Shown one piece after another: positions 14,198 to 23,566 of a DNA stretch of 32,000 bases. Each line of letters begins with the position of its first letter. Within the stretch, counting starts at the first letter, position 1. Where the stretch lies: assembly GCA_041494705.1 (NCBI GenBank), contig JBGQBI010000005.1, positions 210,001-242,000 of the forward strand. The letters run 5' to 3'. The stretch is from Candidatus Methanoperedens sp. (GTDB lineage: Archaea; Halobacteriota; Methanosarcinia; Methanosarcinales; Methanoperedenaceae). The notes below the pieces were generated by a model, which searched no databases, was not told where the DNA came from, and saw nothing but the letters and a program-made list of their open reading frames with translations. A program made the translations under genes and the position numbers.

Positions 14198-14221
14198 AGG
14201 ATTTTTAAGAATCCTTTTTTA
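14198..14221. terminator. Hairpin plus T-run between convergent mscL and the DUF1015 gene
   Basis: AGGATT-TTTAAG-AATCCT is followed by TTTTTT. Confidence 0.6.
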
Positions 14222-14223
14222 GA

Positions 14224-15519
14224 TTATTCAATCTTCCTCATCACAATCCCTTCCGCAACCTTCGGCAGGAAAAGCGTGGACTTCTGGGGAAAATTCCTGT
14301 GCTCAACAAATGCTTTTCTCTCGACATCTCCAATCGACAGGGGATTTAAGATAAAAGCCACATCGAATTCACCGCTATCCACTTTAGCTACAGCCTCGGA
14401 CGGACTTGCGCTAAACGACACATCCTCTTCGGTTTTTCCCCTTATCACAGGATTGATTAGCCAGTCATGAAGAACAATCAGGTCAAGCCCCACAACCTCA
14501 TTGCGCTTTTTCGAAAGCTCACGCACCGTTTTTTCATCTGCTCTCAGGATGCTGAATTTTTTCCCGTCATACATGCCAAGCTTTACATCGTACTCGCCGG
14601 CGCGCTGCCTGAGAATCGAGTAGAATTCCTCGCTGTTCCTGTCGCCCTGCCATTCTATCGAAAAACTCGCCTGTATCCTGCGTTCAAGCTCCAATGCATT
14701 AAAATTGCGCGCCGCCCTGTGCCATGGCAACAACAAAAGAGCCCTGTCCCCGCCTTCCATAAGCATCATCATCGTATATCCGATGCCATCCTTTTCCCTC
14801 ATAAGGCTGGACGCAGCGTACCTGTGGTGCCCGTCAAGAATGAGAAGCCTGCGCCCTGCCATCATGTTTTTGATTCTCTGGATGAGGCTTTCATCGGTAA
14901 CCTCCCACAGAAGATGCCGACTTCCGTTAAGAACCACATCGACAACCGGCGGCTTTTCGGGATTGGGCGAAAATTCCGGGCGCTTAAATCCCAGATATTC
15001 TTCAAAAAGGTTATTCAATTCATGGTTGGGCATACTGTATTCCGCTGCAATCGGCGAGAAGTTCATCATGCTGGCTTTCATGAGCCTGTAGCGCTCTTTT
15101 GAATTAATTTCAAAAATATTCTCATGCCCGACAATGTTTCCTTTTCCGGGCTCTTCCACCCTGACAAGACTTACAAGCCCGAAAACAAAATATTTCTGCC
15201 TCCTGTCCTTTTCAGGAAGCAGCGCAAGAATCTCGGATGAAAGGGTGAACATTATACCGTAGATATAAAAAGCAGGTTTTTCCCTCTCAACAAGTATCCC
15301 TGAACTTCTGAAACGTCCGAGTTCCCTCGCGGCATAATCTATAAAATCATCCCTGTCCATGTTTTTTTTTCTTGTAGTAACATGGATAATGTTGTTTCTC
15401 TCCTGTGCAAATCTCTCGTAATTTGCAGTATCTATAGTGTCATAGACAGGGCAGACAAGCTTATCCACTGCCAGTTCAGGATTAAGTACCGTGGCTTTGA
15501 AGGGTTTTATATCTACCAT
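14224..15519 (-). CDS. DUF1015 family protein
   Basis: The layout matches the family: an N-terminal IKPFKA...VCPVYDTI segment, a mid-protein GHENI...KERYRLMKA...NFSPI segment, and LLILDGHHRY. Confidence 0.8.
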   Translation of the reverse strand: MVDIKPFKATVLNPELAVDKLVCPVYDTIDTANYERFAQERNNIIHVTTRKKNMDRDDFIDYAARELGRFRSSGILVEREKPAFYIYGIMFTLSSEILALLPEKDRRQKYFVFGLVSLVRVEEPGKGNIVGHENIFEINSKERYRLMKASMMNFSPIAAEYSMPNHELNNLFEEYLGFKRPEFSPNPEKPPVVDVVLNGSRHLLWEVTDESLIQRIKNMMAGRRLLILDGHHRYAASSLMREKDGIGYTMMMLMEGGDRALLLLPWHRAARNFNALELERRIQASFSIEWQGDRNSEEFYSILRQRAGEYDVKLGMYDGKKFSILRADEKTVRELSKKRNEVVGLDLIVLHDWLINPVIRGKTEEDVSFSASPSEAVAKVDSGEFDVAFILNPLSIGDVERKAFVEHRNFPQKSTLFLPKVAEGIVMRKIE

Positions 15520-15585
15520 ATTTGAGCCTGAATTTTGGTTCTCAAAGGATAATATCGCACATGAATGTTTCGAATGCAGGCTATG

Positions 15586-16350
15586 TTATGGTTTTAATGT
15601 TGCGGCTATCTTCCCGTCCCTGAATATCCTGATAACCCCGCCGCTCTGTGAAACCACAATCCCTATCGATTTGGTGGCTGAAGTTATGGCAGCTACCGAA
15701 GAGTGGCGCGTACCGAGTCCTCTTGGGATTTTCACAAGTCCCGTATCCATTGTGATATACCGTCCTGCGGCTTCAACCGCACCATCGCCTGAAACCACAA
15801 AAACACCATCCAACTGCGCGAACTCTTTAATATTATCGCGTATTTCGGGGTCGGTTATGTTCCGTTCCTCTCTTTTGTATCCCTGGAACGGATTCAGTAT
15901 GAGCTGTCTTGATTTAGCCATGACATTAGCGGCATCGCCGAGGGTGAATGCCGTCCCGATTGCCCGTCCCTCCCTCCCTTCGCTTCTGATTTCCATGGCT
16001 ATTTTTATTACAGCCTCTAAGACCTGCTCGCTTACCCCTGTTCCATTCAGCAATCCAGATATATCGAATTCAGGCGTTTCCTTTTTCTTTGGCTGGATTT
16101 GGCTGTCCCTGCCGCCTGCGCCATATTCGTTTTCAAGCTGCAGGGCCTTGAGCTTATAATCATTCGCAAGGTACCTGAGACGATTGGTTTCATACGAGTC
16201 GGTGCTTATCTCCGAAGCCTCCCTGAATTTTTTTTCAGCTTTTTTATAAAGCTCTATCGCCAGGCTATAATCTCCTGCTTCCAGCGCTCCTTCTGCTCGC
16301 TTGGTTAGATTTTTTCCTTCATTGGAGAGCATGTTTGTCCACAAATTCAA
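15586..16350 (-). CDS. dacZ: Diadenylate cyclase, archaeal DacZ type (c-di-AMP synthase)
   Basis: The C-terminal DAC domain reads REGRAIGTAFTLGD...DGVFVVSGDGAVEAAGRY...GLGTRHSSVAAIT...IVVSQSGGVIRIF (DGA motif and GTRH motif). The helical N-terminal domain is as in DacZ. The start is TTG at 16350 or ATG at 16332. Confidence 0.8.
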   Translation of the reverse strand: MNLWTNMLSNEGKNLTKRAEGALEAGDYSLAIELYKKAEKKFREASEISTDSYETNRLRYLANDYKLKALQLENEYGAGGRDSQIQPKKKETPEFDISGLLNGTGVSEQVLEAVIKIAMEIRSEGREGRAIGTAFTLGDAANVMAKSRQLILNPFQGYKREERNITDPEIRDNIKEFAQLDGVFVVSGDGAVEAAGRYITMDTGLVKIPRGLGTRHSSVAAITSATKSIGIVVSQSGGVIRIFRDGKIAATLKP

Positions 16351-16424
16351 TCACCTGGAGATTCTAATTCCTGATGTTAAGCTGTCTAATAATATAAGGC
16401 TAAAGGTGTTATAAAGAATTAAGA

Positions 16425-16496
16425 TGGACCGGTCGGGAATTGAACCCGAGGCCTCTCCCATGCCAAGGGAGCGATCTACCCCTGATCTACCGGCCC
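16425..16496 (-). tRNA. tRNA-Ala (anticodon GGC)
   Basis: The reverse complement is GGGCCGGTAGATCAGGGGTAGATCGCTCCCTTGGCATGGGAGAGGCCTCGGGTTCAATTCCCGACCGGTCCA. It has the G3:U70 alanine identity pair and the anticodon loop TTGGCAT. Confidence 0.9.
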
Positions 16497-16527
16497 TGAA
16501 AGGGTGAGTTGCATAGTGCATGGAGTT

Positions 16528-16536
16528 AGATAAAGG
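16528..16536 (-). promoter_or_regulatory. TATA-like box for tRNA-Ala
   Basis: In minus sense, CCTTTATCT lies about 32-36 nt upstream of the tRNA 5' end. Confidence 0.4.
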
Positions 16537-16591
16537 TATCGATTAACAACTCGTTAGGGGATTTCCAGTCTTGTATTTCTCAAAGACAAGA

Positions 16592-16598
16592 TTTAAAT
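16592..16598 (+). promoter_or_regulatory. TATA-like box for tRNA-Ile
   Basis: TTTAAAT lies about 30 nt upstream of position 16627. Confidence 0.45.
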
Positions 16599-16626
16599 CA
16601 AATGGCGTAATATGGGCGCTAGTTTC

Positions 16627-16700
16627 GGGCCCGTAGCTTAGGCAGGTGGAGCGCTCGGCTGATAACCGAGAGGTCTTGCGTTCAAATCGCAACGGGCCCA
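16627..16700 (+). tRNA. tRNA-Ile (anticodon GAT)
   Basis: The sequence is GGGCCCGTAGCTTAGGCAGGTGGAGCGCTCGGCTGATAACCGAGAGGTCTTGCGTTCAAATCGCAACGGGCCCA, with anticodon loop CTGATAA. It is followed by TTTTTT. Confidence 0.9.
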
Positions 16701-16705
16701 TTTTT

Positions 16706-17881
16706 TCAACACAACTTCCTGAACAACCTTGCCTGGAACCCGTGGTACTTACAGACCCCTTCGGCATCCTTCTGGTCGATGGTCTTGCTGTCAAACGATG
16801 AGAGGTCGGCAGAATACAGCGCGAACTGCGAATTCCTTGCAATCACTTTTGCGCTGCCTTTATAGAGCTTGACCTTCACATTTCCTGTCACTCTTTCCTG
16901 TGTCCTGTCAATAAAAGCATTCAAATCCGAATACAGGGGCTCATCCAAAAGACCCTTATACACAAGTTCGCTCCACGTTTCATCAACAACCGACTTGAAA
17001 CGCAATTCATCCCTCGTGAGAACGAGTTTTTCAAGGTCCTTGTGCGCTGTCAACAGTATCGTGGCTGCGGGATGCTCATAATTCTCCCTTGCCTTAAGAC
17101 CCAGCACCCTGTCCTCCATCATATCAGTGCGCCCAACGCCGTGAGCGCCGCCGATTTTGTTTAAGTTCTGTATCAACTCAACGCCATCCAGATTCTCGCC
17201 ATTCAACGAAACCGGCACGCCGCCTTCAAACCCGATATCGATAATCTCAGCATCATCCGGCGCCTTTTCAGGCGACACGGTCCATTCGAATATCTCTTCT
17301 GGTGGGATGAAATCCGGCTCTTCAAGCCGTCCGCCCTCGATGCTTCGGCTCCAGATATTCTCATCAACGCTCCACGGTTTTGATTTCGTGGCTGCCACGG
17401 GTATCCCGTGTTCCTTTGCGTATTCCATCTCCCATTCTCTCGTGAGATTCATGTCCCTCATCGGCGCTATGACCTCAAGGTCGGTGCTTCGAAAAACTGC
17501 CTCGAATCTTAACTGGTCGTTGCCTTTGCCCGTGCAGCCGTGCGCAAGAGCGTGAGCCTTCTCCTTCTTTGCTATTTCCACGACTTTCTTTGCGATGAGA
17601 GGACGGGCTATCGAAGTGCCCAGGACATAACCCTCATAGCTGCCATTTGCCTTTATAAGAGGAAATATATAATCTTTGACGAACTCTTCTTTCGCGTCTA
17701 TAGTATAATGTTTCTGGCTTATTTTCCTGGCTTTTTTCTCTGCCTGCTCGATTTCCTTCGCCGTCTGACCGACATCGACTGTAATCGTTATTGCATAATC
17801 GCAACCGTAATGCTCTTTTAACAGGGGTATGCACACGGAAGTGTCAAGCCCGCCTGAATACGCAAGTGCTACTTTTTTCAT
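16706..17881 (-). CDS. argG: Argininosuccinate synthase
   Basis: The N-terminal [13 protein letters not shown] is the ATP-PPase motif. Full-length colinearity is supported by [14 protein letters not shown] and the 391-aa size. Confidence 0.95.
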   Translation of the reverse strand: MKKVALAYSGGLDTSVCIPLLKEHYGCDYAITITVDVGQTAKEIEQAEKKARKISQKHYTIDAKEEFVKDYIFPLIKANGSYEGYVLGTSIARPLIAKKVVEIAKKEKAHALAHGCTGKGNDQLRFEAVFRSTDLEVIAPMRDMNLTREWEMEYAKEHGIPVAATKSKPWSVDENIWSRSIEGGRLEEPDFIPPEEIFEWTVSPEKAPDDAEIIDIGFEGGVPVSLNGENLDGVELIQNLNKIGGAHGVGRTDMMEDRVLGLKARENYEHPAATILLTAHKDLEKLVLTRDELRFKSVVDETWSELVYKGLLDEPLYSDLNAFIDRTQERVTGNVKVKLYKGSAKVIARNSQFALYSADLSSFDSKTIDQKDAEGVCKYHGFQARLFRKLC

Positions 17882-17937
17882 CGTCTCGCTTTATAGTGGG
17901 GAAAGATTAATAGTTTTTGTCATGTTTGTGACTTATC

Positions 17938-18047
17938 TTCCGGTTTGAAAAACCACAGAGAGCGCAGAGGACACAGAGAAAAGCATCAACTCTCTGTGCT
18001 TCTCTGTGTCCTCCGTGGTTGATTATCCTTGCCGGACTCATTTATCA
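17938..18047 (+). repeat. Hairpin-repeat element, copy C (divergent; hairpin 17952-18019)
   Basis: ACCACAGAGAGCGCAGAGGACACAGAGA...TCTCTGTGCTTCTCTGTGTCCTCCGTGGT, followed by GATTATCCTTGCCGGACTCATTTATC. It lies in the argG/mtaD divergent intergenic region. Confidence 0.8.
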
Positions 18048-18094
18048 TGTCATTTTAGAAAACTTATTCTATACCGCCAACCAACATATATTCC

Positions 18095-19360
18095 ATGGCA
18101 GACCTGATAATCAGAGGCGGTCGCGTGCTCACCATGGACGGCGCGATTATCGATAATGGAGTGGTGGTCGTAGATAACGGTTTAATATCTTTTGTTGGCA
18201 AGAATACTGATGAAAAATCCGATAAAGTGCTTGACGCAAAAGGCTGCGCTGTCATGCCGGGTCTTATCAATGCCCATACGCATCTCCCCATGACCCTTTT
18301 CCGCGGATTTGCAGACGACCTTCCCTACGATGAATGGACAAAAAAAATCCAGTCGGCTGAAATGAAACTCACTCCTGGCGACGTAAAGGCTGGCGCTTAT
18401 CTTGGCGTGCTTGAGATGATAAAAACAGGAACCACCGCTTTTGCTGATATGTATATCCACATGGATGAAGTGGCAAAAATTGTAGAAAAAACCGGCATGA
18501 GAGCTTCGCTTGGTTACGGGATGATAGAAGGTCTTAACGAGGATTCGGAAACAAAGCTGAAAAACAGGGCGGAATTTGCACGGAAATGGAACGGCAAAGC
18601 CGGCGGCAGGATTACAACCATGTATGCGCCGCATTCTGCGGCCTCATGTTCAAAGGAATTCCTGGTAAGAGTAAAGGAACTTGCGGTCCGGGATAATTTG
18701 AGAATCCATATCCATGTGCTTGAAACCGAATACGAACTCAAGCTAATGAAAAAACGGTACGGGATGTGTTCTATAAATCTCTTAAATAGTATCGGACTCC
18801 TGGGGCAGGGCGTTCTTGCCGCACACTGCGTCTGGCTATCCGATGACGATATTGATATCCTGAAAACCAAAAAGGTCAATGTTGCCCACTGCCCGGCAAG
18901 TAACATGGCTCTTGGCGTCGGAACGGCACCCGTTCCGAAAATGCTTGAGCGAGGGATTAACGTGGCGCTCGGGACAGACGGCGCAGCATCAAGCGGAAGT
19001 CTTGATATGTGGAAGGAGATGAGGACGGCTTCGTATCTCCATAAGCTCAAAGACCCGCAAGTGTTACCTGCATCAAAAGTGCTTGAGATGGCGACCGTGA
19101 ACGGCGCGCGGGCTCTGGGGATAAATGCGGGGGTGCTGAAGCCCGGATGTCTGGCTGACATTATTATTGTTGAGCTGAAAAATCTGAACTTTACATCTTC
19201 GAATCTGGCTTCGGCTCTTATTCACGGCACTTGCGGGTGTAATGTAAAAACCACGATAGTCGATGGACGAATACTGATGGAAAATTACCTGGTAACAATC
19301 CTTGATGAGGAAAGAATACTGAAAGCTTCAAGGAATGCGATGTTAAATTTCACAAAGTAA
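18095..19360 (+). CDS. mtaD: Amidohydrolase, 5-methylthioadenosine/S-adenosylhomocysteine deaminase (MtaD/DadD) family
   Basis: PGLINAHTHLPMTLFRGFADD carries the metal-binding HxH. Later HVLET, VAHCP and GTDGAAS motifs are typical of this deaminase subfamily. The product is 421 aa. Confidence 0.8.
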   Translation: MADLIIRGGRVLTMDGAIIDNGVVVVDNGLISFVGKNTDEKSDKVLDAKGCAVMPGLINAHTHLPMTLFRGFADDLPYDEWTKKIQSAEMKLTPGDVKAGAYLGVLEMIKTGTTAFADMYIHMDEVAKIVEKTGMRASLGYGMIEGLNEDSETKLKNRAEFARKWNGKAGGRITTMYAPHSAASCSKEFLVRVKELAVRDNLRIHIHVLETEYELKLMKKRYGMCSINLLNSIGLLGQGVLAAHCVWLSDDDIDILKTKKVNVAHCPASNMALGVGTAPVPKMLERGINVALGTDGAASSGSLDMWKEMRTASYLHKLKDPQVLPASKVLEMATVNGARALGINAGVLKPGCLADIIIVELKNLNFTSSNLASALIHGTCGCNVKTTIVDGRILMENYLVTILDEERILKASRNAMLNFTK

Positions 19361-19448
19361 TATAGCTTTGATTGGTGAGGTACAATTTCTGCCTATTACA
19401 CCAGTATCACAATAACATTTACATATCTATACACCGAGAATAGGGGCA

Positions 19449-20738
19449 ATGACAACTCTTGACCCATGGGGTGCAGTCAAAATCGATAATTATTCGAAAC
19501 TCTTTGATGAGTTCGGGATATCAAAATTTGACGACCTCCTCGCAAGAATTCCCAACCCGCACAGGTACATGCGCCGCCATGTCATTTTCGGGCACAGGAG
19601 TTATGACGCAGTTCTTGACGCCATGCTTTCTGGAAAACCTTTTGCAGCAATGAGCGGTTTTATGCCTTCCGGTCATGCCCATCTCGGTCATAAGATGGTG
19701 ATGGAGGAGATTATCTGGCACCAGCAGCAGGGCGGGGATGCGTTTCTGGCAATTGCCGATATGGAGGCGCATGCTGTCCGGGGAAAAAGCTGGAAGGAAT
19801 GCATGGAACTTGGTATAAACGAGTATATTCTTAGCGCTATTGCTCTCGGTTTTGAACCGGGAGAACGAGGCCATATCTATTTCCAGTCAAAATCCGCCAA
19901 CGTGAAAGACCTTTCTTTTGAGCTTGGCATTAAAGCTAATTTTTCGGAGTTAAGCGCTATCTACGGTTTCAACGGAGAGACAAACATCGCGCACATGGTA
20001 AGCGCCCTAACGCAGAGCGCGGACATACTCCAGCCGCAGCTTGCGGAGTTCGGAGGACCAAAACCCGTTGTCATTCCGGTAGGCGCTGACCAGGACCCGC
20101 ATATCAGGCTTACGCGGGGGCTTGCGTATAAAGTGAATATGTTCATAGTGGAGGAGAGAAAAGGTACAGACAAGGAATTTATAAGCGTACGCGGCAAAGC
20201 TGCTCCAGTAAATGCCCTTTCTGAAATCGCAAAGTTCACAGGCGGCAAGCTTTATGAAGAGCATGTGGATGTTTTCAAGCACACTCTGGAAGAGGTAGAA
20301 AACATTGTCAGGCAAGTGGAATTAAAATACGGAGGTTACGCCTTCATGCCTCCCGCCTCCACATATCACAAGTTCATGACAGGTCTTCAGGGCGGCAAGA
20401 TGTCAAGCAGCATCCCTGAGAGCTACATCGCCCTCACCGAAAAACCGGAAGAAGGGGCAAAGAAGGTTATGCGCGCAAAAACAGGCGGCAGGGTGACGCT
20501 TGAGGAGCAAAAGAAACTGGGAGGCGAACCCGACCAATGCACAGTATATGAGTTACTGCTCTACCACCTTGTCGAAGATGATAACGAACTTCTTGAAATC
20601 TATAAGGACTGCGTGGGAGGCACGCGCGTGTGCGGCAACTGCAAGAAACATGCTGCCGAGCTTATGCGTGATTTCCTGAAGGAGCACCAGGAGAAGAGGG
20701 AGCTTGCAAGAGAGAGGCTGGGCGAGTTCGGGCTTTAA
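19449..20738 (+). CDS. trpS: Tryptophan--tRNA ligase (archaeal/eukaryal type) with C-terminal Cys4 motif
   Basis: The N-terminal DPWG...[12 protein letters not shown] resembles the archaeal/eukaryal TrpRS N-terminus. The HIGH-like motif is SGHAHLGH and the KMSKS-like motif is GGKMSSS. A C-x23-C-x6-C-x2-C motif lies near the C-terminus. Confidence 0.88.
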   Translation: MTTLDPWGAVKIDNYSKLFDEFGISKFDDLLARIPNPHRYMRRHVIFGHRSYDAVLDAMLSGKPFAAMSGFMPSGHAHLGHKMVMEEIIWHQQQGGDAFLAIADMEAHAVRGKSWKECMELGINEYILSAIALGFEPGERGHIYFQSKSANVKDLSFELGIKANFSELSAIYGFNGETNIAHMVSALTQSADILQPQLAEFGGPKPVVIPVGADQDPHIRLTRGLAYKVNMFIVEERKGTDKEFISVRGKAAPVNALSEIAKFTGGKLYEEHVDVFKHTLEEVENIVRQVELKYGGYAFMPPASTYHKFMTGLQGGKMSSSIPESYIALTEKPEEGAKKVMRAKTGGRVTLEEQKKLGGEPDQCTVYELLLYHLVEDDNELLEIYKDCVGGTRVCGNCKKHAAELMRDFLKEHQEKRELARERLGEFGL

Positions 20739-20753
20739 AAATCCCTGATTATT

Positions 20754-21920
20754 TTAACTCCACAACTGCCCGCCCAGTATCGCTTCAGTCCTATCATTGG
20801 TACTCTGGTGCATTTTCCTGATTCTTACGAGGTATTCATTCCCCCTCAGTTGCGGTTCTTCAAAAACAGCATCCACACCCACTAATTTCAGGTAGTCCTC
20901 AAATTCCTTTACGGTATCAAGGCTCTTCACCCTTATCTGCACGTTCTCGGCAATACGTTCGCCATCTTTTTTCTTTTTAATGGTTTTTATCATGGGCAAA
21001 AGAAGACTTTCCCCGAGCTGCCTGCACCTTTTTTCCACGCTCTCCTCATCCTCGCCCCATTCAACAGACTGGAAGGCTTCCCTGCATACCCTTCCGAAGA
21101 AAAAATCCCGCCCGAAATCATTGTAGAATTCAAAAGCGTATCTCAAGTCTGCGCAGTTGCTCTCTGAACTTGTGTACTTTACCGAGGGAAGAATCATTTG
21201 CGGGTCTTTGACAACCACCCCTTCATGCATCGAACCGCCTAATTCCTTGATAATCCGCGAAATCCCGGTATGCGCTTCCCCGATTTCAAACTCCCCGAAA
21301 AGCCTGACTGATTTTATACCGTACTTATCCACAAGCGCCCGCCGTTTCATCACAGGCAGGGGTTTCCCTGTTATCTTCTCTCTTATGTCAAAAACAAAAA
21401 AATCAAGGGACTCTATATCATAAAATGTTTTTGGCACATACGGGCTGTCCGGGCCTACCATCTCCCCGCACAGCACAAGTTCAGGATGATCCTTGAAAAA
21501 ATCATATCCGATGAGGTCAATTGCTTTCTCGGTTGTATAAGGACAAATAAAACCGCCGCGCGTGAGAGCAACGAGCGCATCGCCGATTAACGCCACCCTG
21601 ACATTGTAGCCGTTCATCTTCTCCTCCACTGCCACTGTCCCGCATGAAGAGAAATGCCTTTGCAGGGCAGGAGATAGCATCAATGTCCGCGAAATCTTGG
21701 GAAACCCGCGCACTATATCAAACGGTTTGGTGAATACCGATGTGCCTCCTTCAATCAAGGAAACAGGTTTATCGAACCTGAATAATTCTTTCTTTCCCCA
21801 TACATACTGTATTGTCTTTCTTTTCAGCGCGCCTGTTATCCTGTGTTCGGGAATATCCAGTAGTTCGGATACTTTTCCTATATCCAGTTTATTGGCAAAT
21901 TGTGAGACATCCCGTCTCAT
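20754..21920 (-). CDS. ATP-dependent RNA ligase, Rnl3 / Pab1020 family
   Basis: Nucleotidyltransferase motif I is EEKMNGYNVRV, containing the catalytic Lys. The downstream motifs CGEMVG and EGVVVKD are present. The 388-aa size fits archaeal homodimeric RNA ligases. Confidence 0.8.
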   Translation of the reverse strand: MRRDVSQFANKLDIGKVSELLDIPEHRITGALKRKTIQYVWGKKELFRFDKPVSLIEGGTSVFTKPFDIVRGFPKISRTLMLSPALQRHFSSCGTVAVEEKMNGYNVRVALIGDALVALTRGGFICPYTTEKAIDLIGYDFFKDHPELVLCGEMVGPDSPYVPKTFYDIESLDFFVFDIREKITGKPLPVMKRRALVDKYGIKSVRLFGEFEIGEAHTGISRIIKELGGSMHEGVVVKDPQMILPSVKYTSSESNCADLRYAFEFYNDFGRDFFFGRVCREAFQSVEWGEDEESVEKRCRQLGESLLLPMIKTIKKKKDGERIAENVQIRVKSLDTVKEFEDYLKLVGVDAVFEEPQLRGNEYLVRIRKMHQSTNDRTEAILGGQLWS

Positions 21921-22699
21921 CCTTTCTCCGCCAGATGCTTGATAATCGCTCTCCTGCTGATTACGCCCACCAGCTCGTCCTTGAGATTAAGAACAGGCAC
22001 CCCGCCAATATTCTCATCCAGCATCAATGATACGACCTCGGAAATAGGTGTATTCGTTCTTACGGATTTCACACTCCTGGTCATGATATCACCCACAATA
22101 ATGTTGCGGATTCTCCCATCCTGCTGATTATCCGGTACGAGGTCCCTGAAATTCATCATCGCCTTTGCAACATCACGCTCGGTGATGATTCCTACGATAT
22201 CGCTATTTTCAACTACAGGCACCCTTCCGATATCGTTGTCCAGCATTATGCGCCTTGCGTGCGCGACCCTGTCTCCGGGGCTTACGGATATGGGTTCTTT
22301 CATTATCTCGGCTGCATATCCTTTCACGCCCTTTGCGCTTTTTAATATCTCATGCGGTGTCACCCATCCAAGAATATTGCCATTATCAGTCACGACGAGT
22401 ATTCCCCCTTTCCTGTCCATCAATGCAATCGCATCTTCAATACCCGTATCGGAAAGGACTTTCGCGAACAAATCCGTTGTGGCGGCAGCAACATGCAGCG
22501 ATGATGCGGGAAGATTCGATGTCTTCCATGTCCCGAGCTTCCGGGCTATGCTCCTCATCGTAATTACACCGGTGAGTTCGCTTCCGTTAGTCACCAGCAG
22601 CCTGCGTGTATCATGCTTATCCATCAAGTCCATTGCATGTGAAAGTTTGTCAGACTTATGCACCGAAACAGGTTCACTCATTATGTCTTTTACCTTCAT
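21917..22699 (-). CDS. CBS-domain-only protein (four CBS motifs, two Bateman modules), paralog 5
   Basis: Repeated units have the form V.DIM...V.....d.l..a..lM.....g..PV.d..g.lvGiit..Di. Its stop overlaps the RNA ligase start (ATGA). Confidence 0.88.
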   Translation of the reverse strand: MKVKDIMSEPVSVHKSDKLSHAMDLMDKHDTRRLLVTNGSELTGVITMRSIARKLGTWKTSNLPASSLHVAAATTDLFAKVLSDTGIEDAIALMDRKGGILVVTDNGNILGWVTPHEILKSAKGVKGYAAEIMKEPISVSPGDRVAHARRIMLDNDIGRVPVVENSDIVGIITERDVAKAMMNFRDLVPDNQQDGRIRNIIVGDIMTRSVKSVRTNTPISEVVSLMLDENIGGVPVLNLKDELVGVISRRAIIKHLAEKG

Positions 22700-22708
22700 G
22701 TTATCATC

Positions 22709-23557
22709 TCACATTGTCATTATTGATTTCACTATATTCTCACCGGTCAATATCCCCATAACCCCATTGCCCGCCACGGGCAGACCGTTTATTCTCTCTT
22801 TTACCATTATGCCTGCGGCATACGTTGCCAGGTCATCGCTCTTAATCGAAATAATCGGGCTTGACATGATGTCCTCGGCGACGAGGGGCACTTCCTCTAT
22901 ATACCTGTTCTGTTTCCTTCCGGCTGCGCTTTCCTTACGCGTCATCTTTATTTCTTTTTGAGGGAGACCGCCTCTTTTATTTTTCATCTCCGTGAACGTG
23001 AGATTGGAACTTGTAATAATCCCAACCGGCATATCATTTTCTTCAAGAACCACTGCCCTATCTATCATATTTGCATCAAGTTCGTGAAGTATGTGGCTTA
23101 TCGTGTGATGCCTGTGAACGGTTAATGCAGGTTCAATTTTCAAATCCTTGACTTTCAGGTCAAGATCCAGAGTTGAGAAATATCTGATTAAGTCCCATTT
23201 TGTGACTATGCCTATCACTTCATTCTTATTGTTGACAACCGGCAACCCGCCAATATTATTTTCATTCATCAATTCTGCAAGCTGCTTTGGTGTCGCCTCA
23301 GGGAATATCGTTATCAGGCTCTCTGTCATGACTTTTCTTACAGGTATATCATCAATCGGCCGCCTGCGCCACTGCGGCTCGGCCTGGTTAAGCCTCCTGC
23401 TTATGTCTTTCTTGGTCACAACCCCAATGGGCTTGTTATTCTCAACGATTACAAGCCTTCCGATTCTGTGGCGAAGCATCAGGTTCCTGGCTCTCGCGAC
23501 ATTCTCATCCGGCGATACTACATAGACTGGTGCGCTCATTATATCCTTGATTTTCAT
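22709..23557 (-). CDS. CBS-domain-only protein (four CBS motifs with a basic insert), paralog 4
   Basis: There are four CBS repeats. The basic linker KNKRGGLPQKEIKMTRKESAAGRKQNR lies between the Bateman modules. The downstream spacer is 9 nt. Confidence 0.88.
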   Translation of the reverse strand: MKIKDIMSAPVYVVSPDENVARARNLMLRHRIGRLVIVENNKPIGVVTKKDISRRLNQAEPQWRRRPIDDIPVRKVMTESLITIFPEATPKQLAELMNENNIGGLPVVNNKNEVIGIVTKWDLIRYFSTLDLDLKVKDLKIEPALTVHRHHTISHILHELDANMIDRAVVLEENDMPVGIITSSNLTFTEMKNKRGGLPQKEIKMTRKESAAGRKQNRYIEEVPLVAEDIMSSPIISIKSDDLATYAAGIMVKERINGLPVAGNGVMGILTGENIVKSIMTM

Positions 23558-23566
23558 AAAAACCTC

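Noticed and set aside
15491-16159. A 222-aa plus-strand ORF antisense to dacZ, and similar antisense ORFs in the DUF1015 gene, purL, ppsA and the pilin gene (10979-11452)
   Set aside because: All are nested in genes with strong motif support on the other strand, and their translations are compositionally biased with no motifs.
16543-16842. A 99-aa minus-strand ORF spanning tRNA-Ile and the argG 3' end
   Set aside because: It overlaps a confidently folded tRNA and the well-supported argG frame. Its Arg/Ser/Thr-rich translation looks like an out-of-frame artefact.
80-18047. Whether the three CACAGAG hairpin repeats could be a CRISPR array
   Set aside because: The copies are 5-12 kb apart, lie in separate intergenic regions, have conserved non-repeat flanks, and are themselves long hairpins. 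They lack the regular repeat-spacer periodicity, and no cas genes are present.
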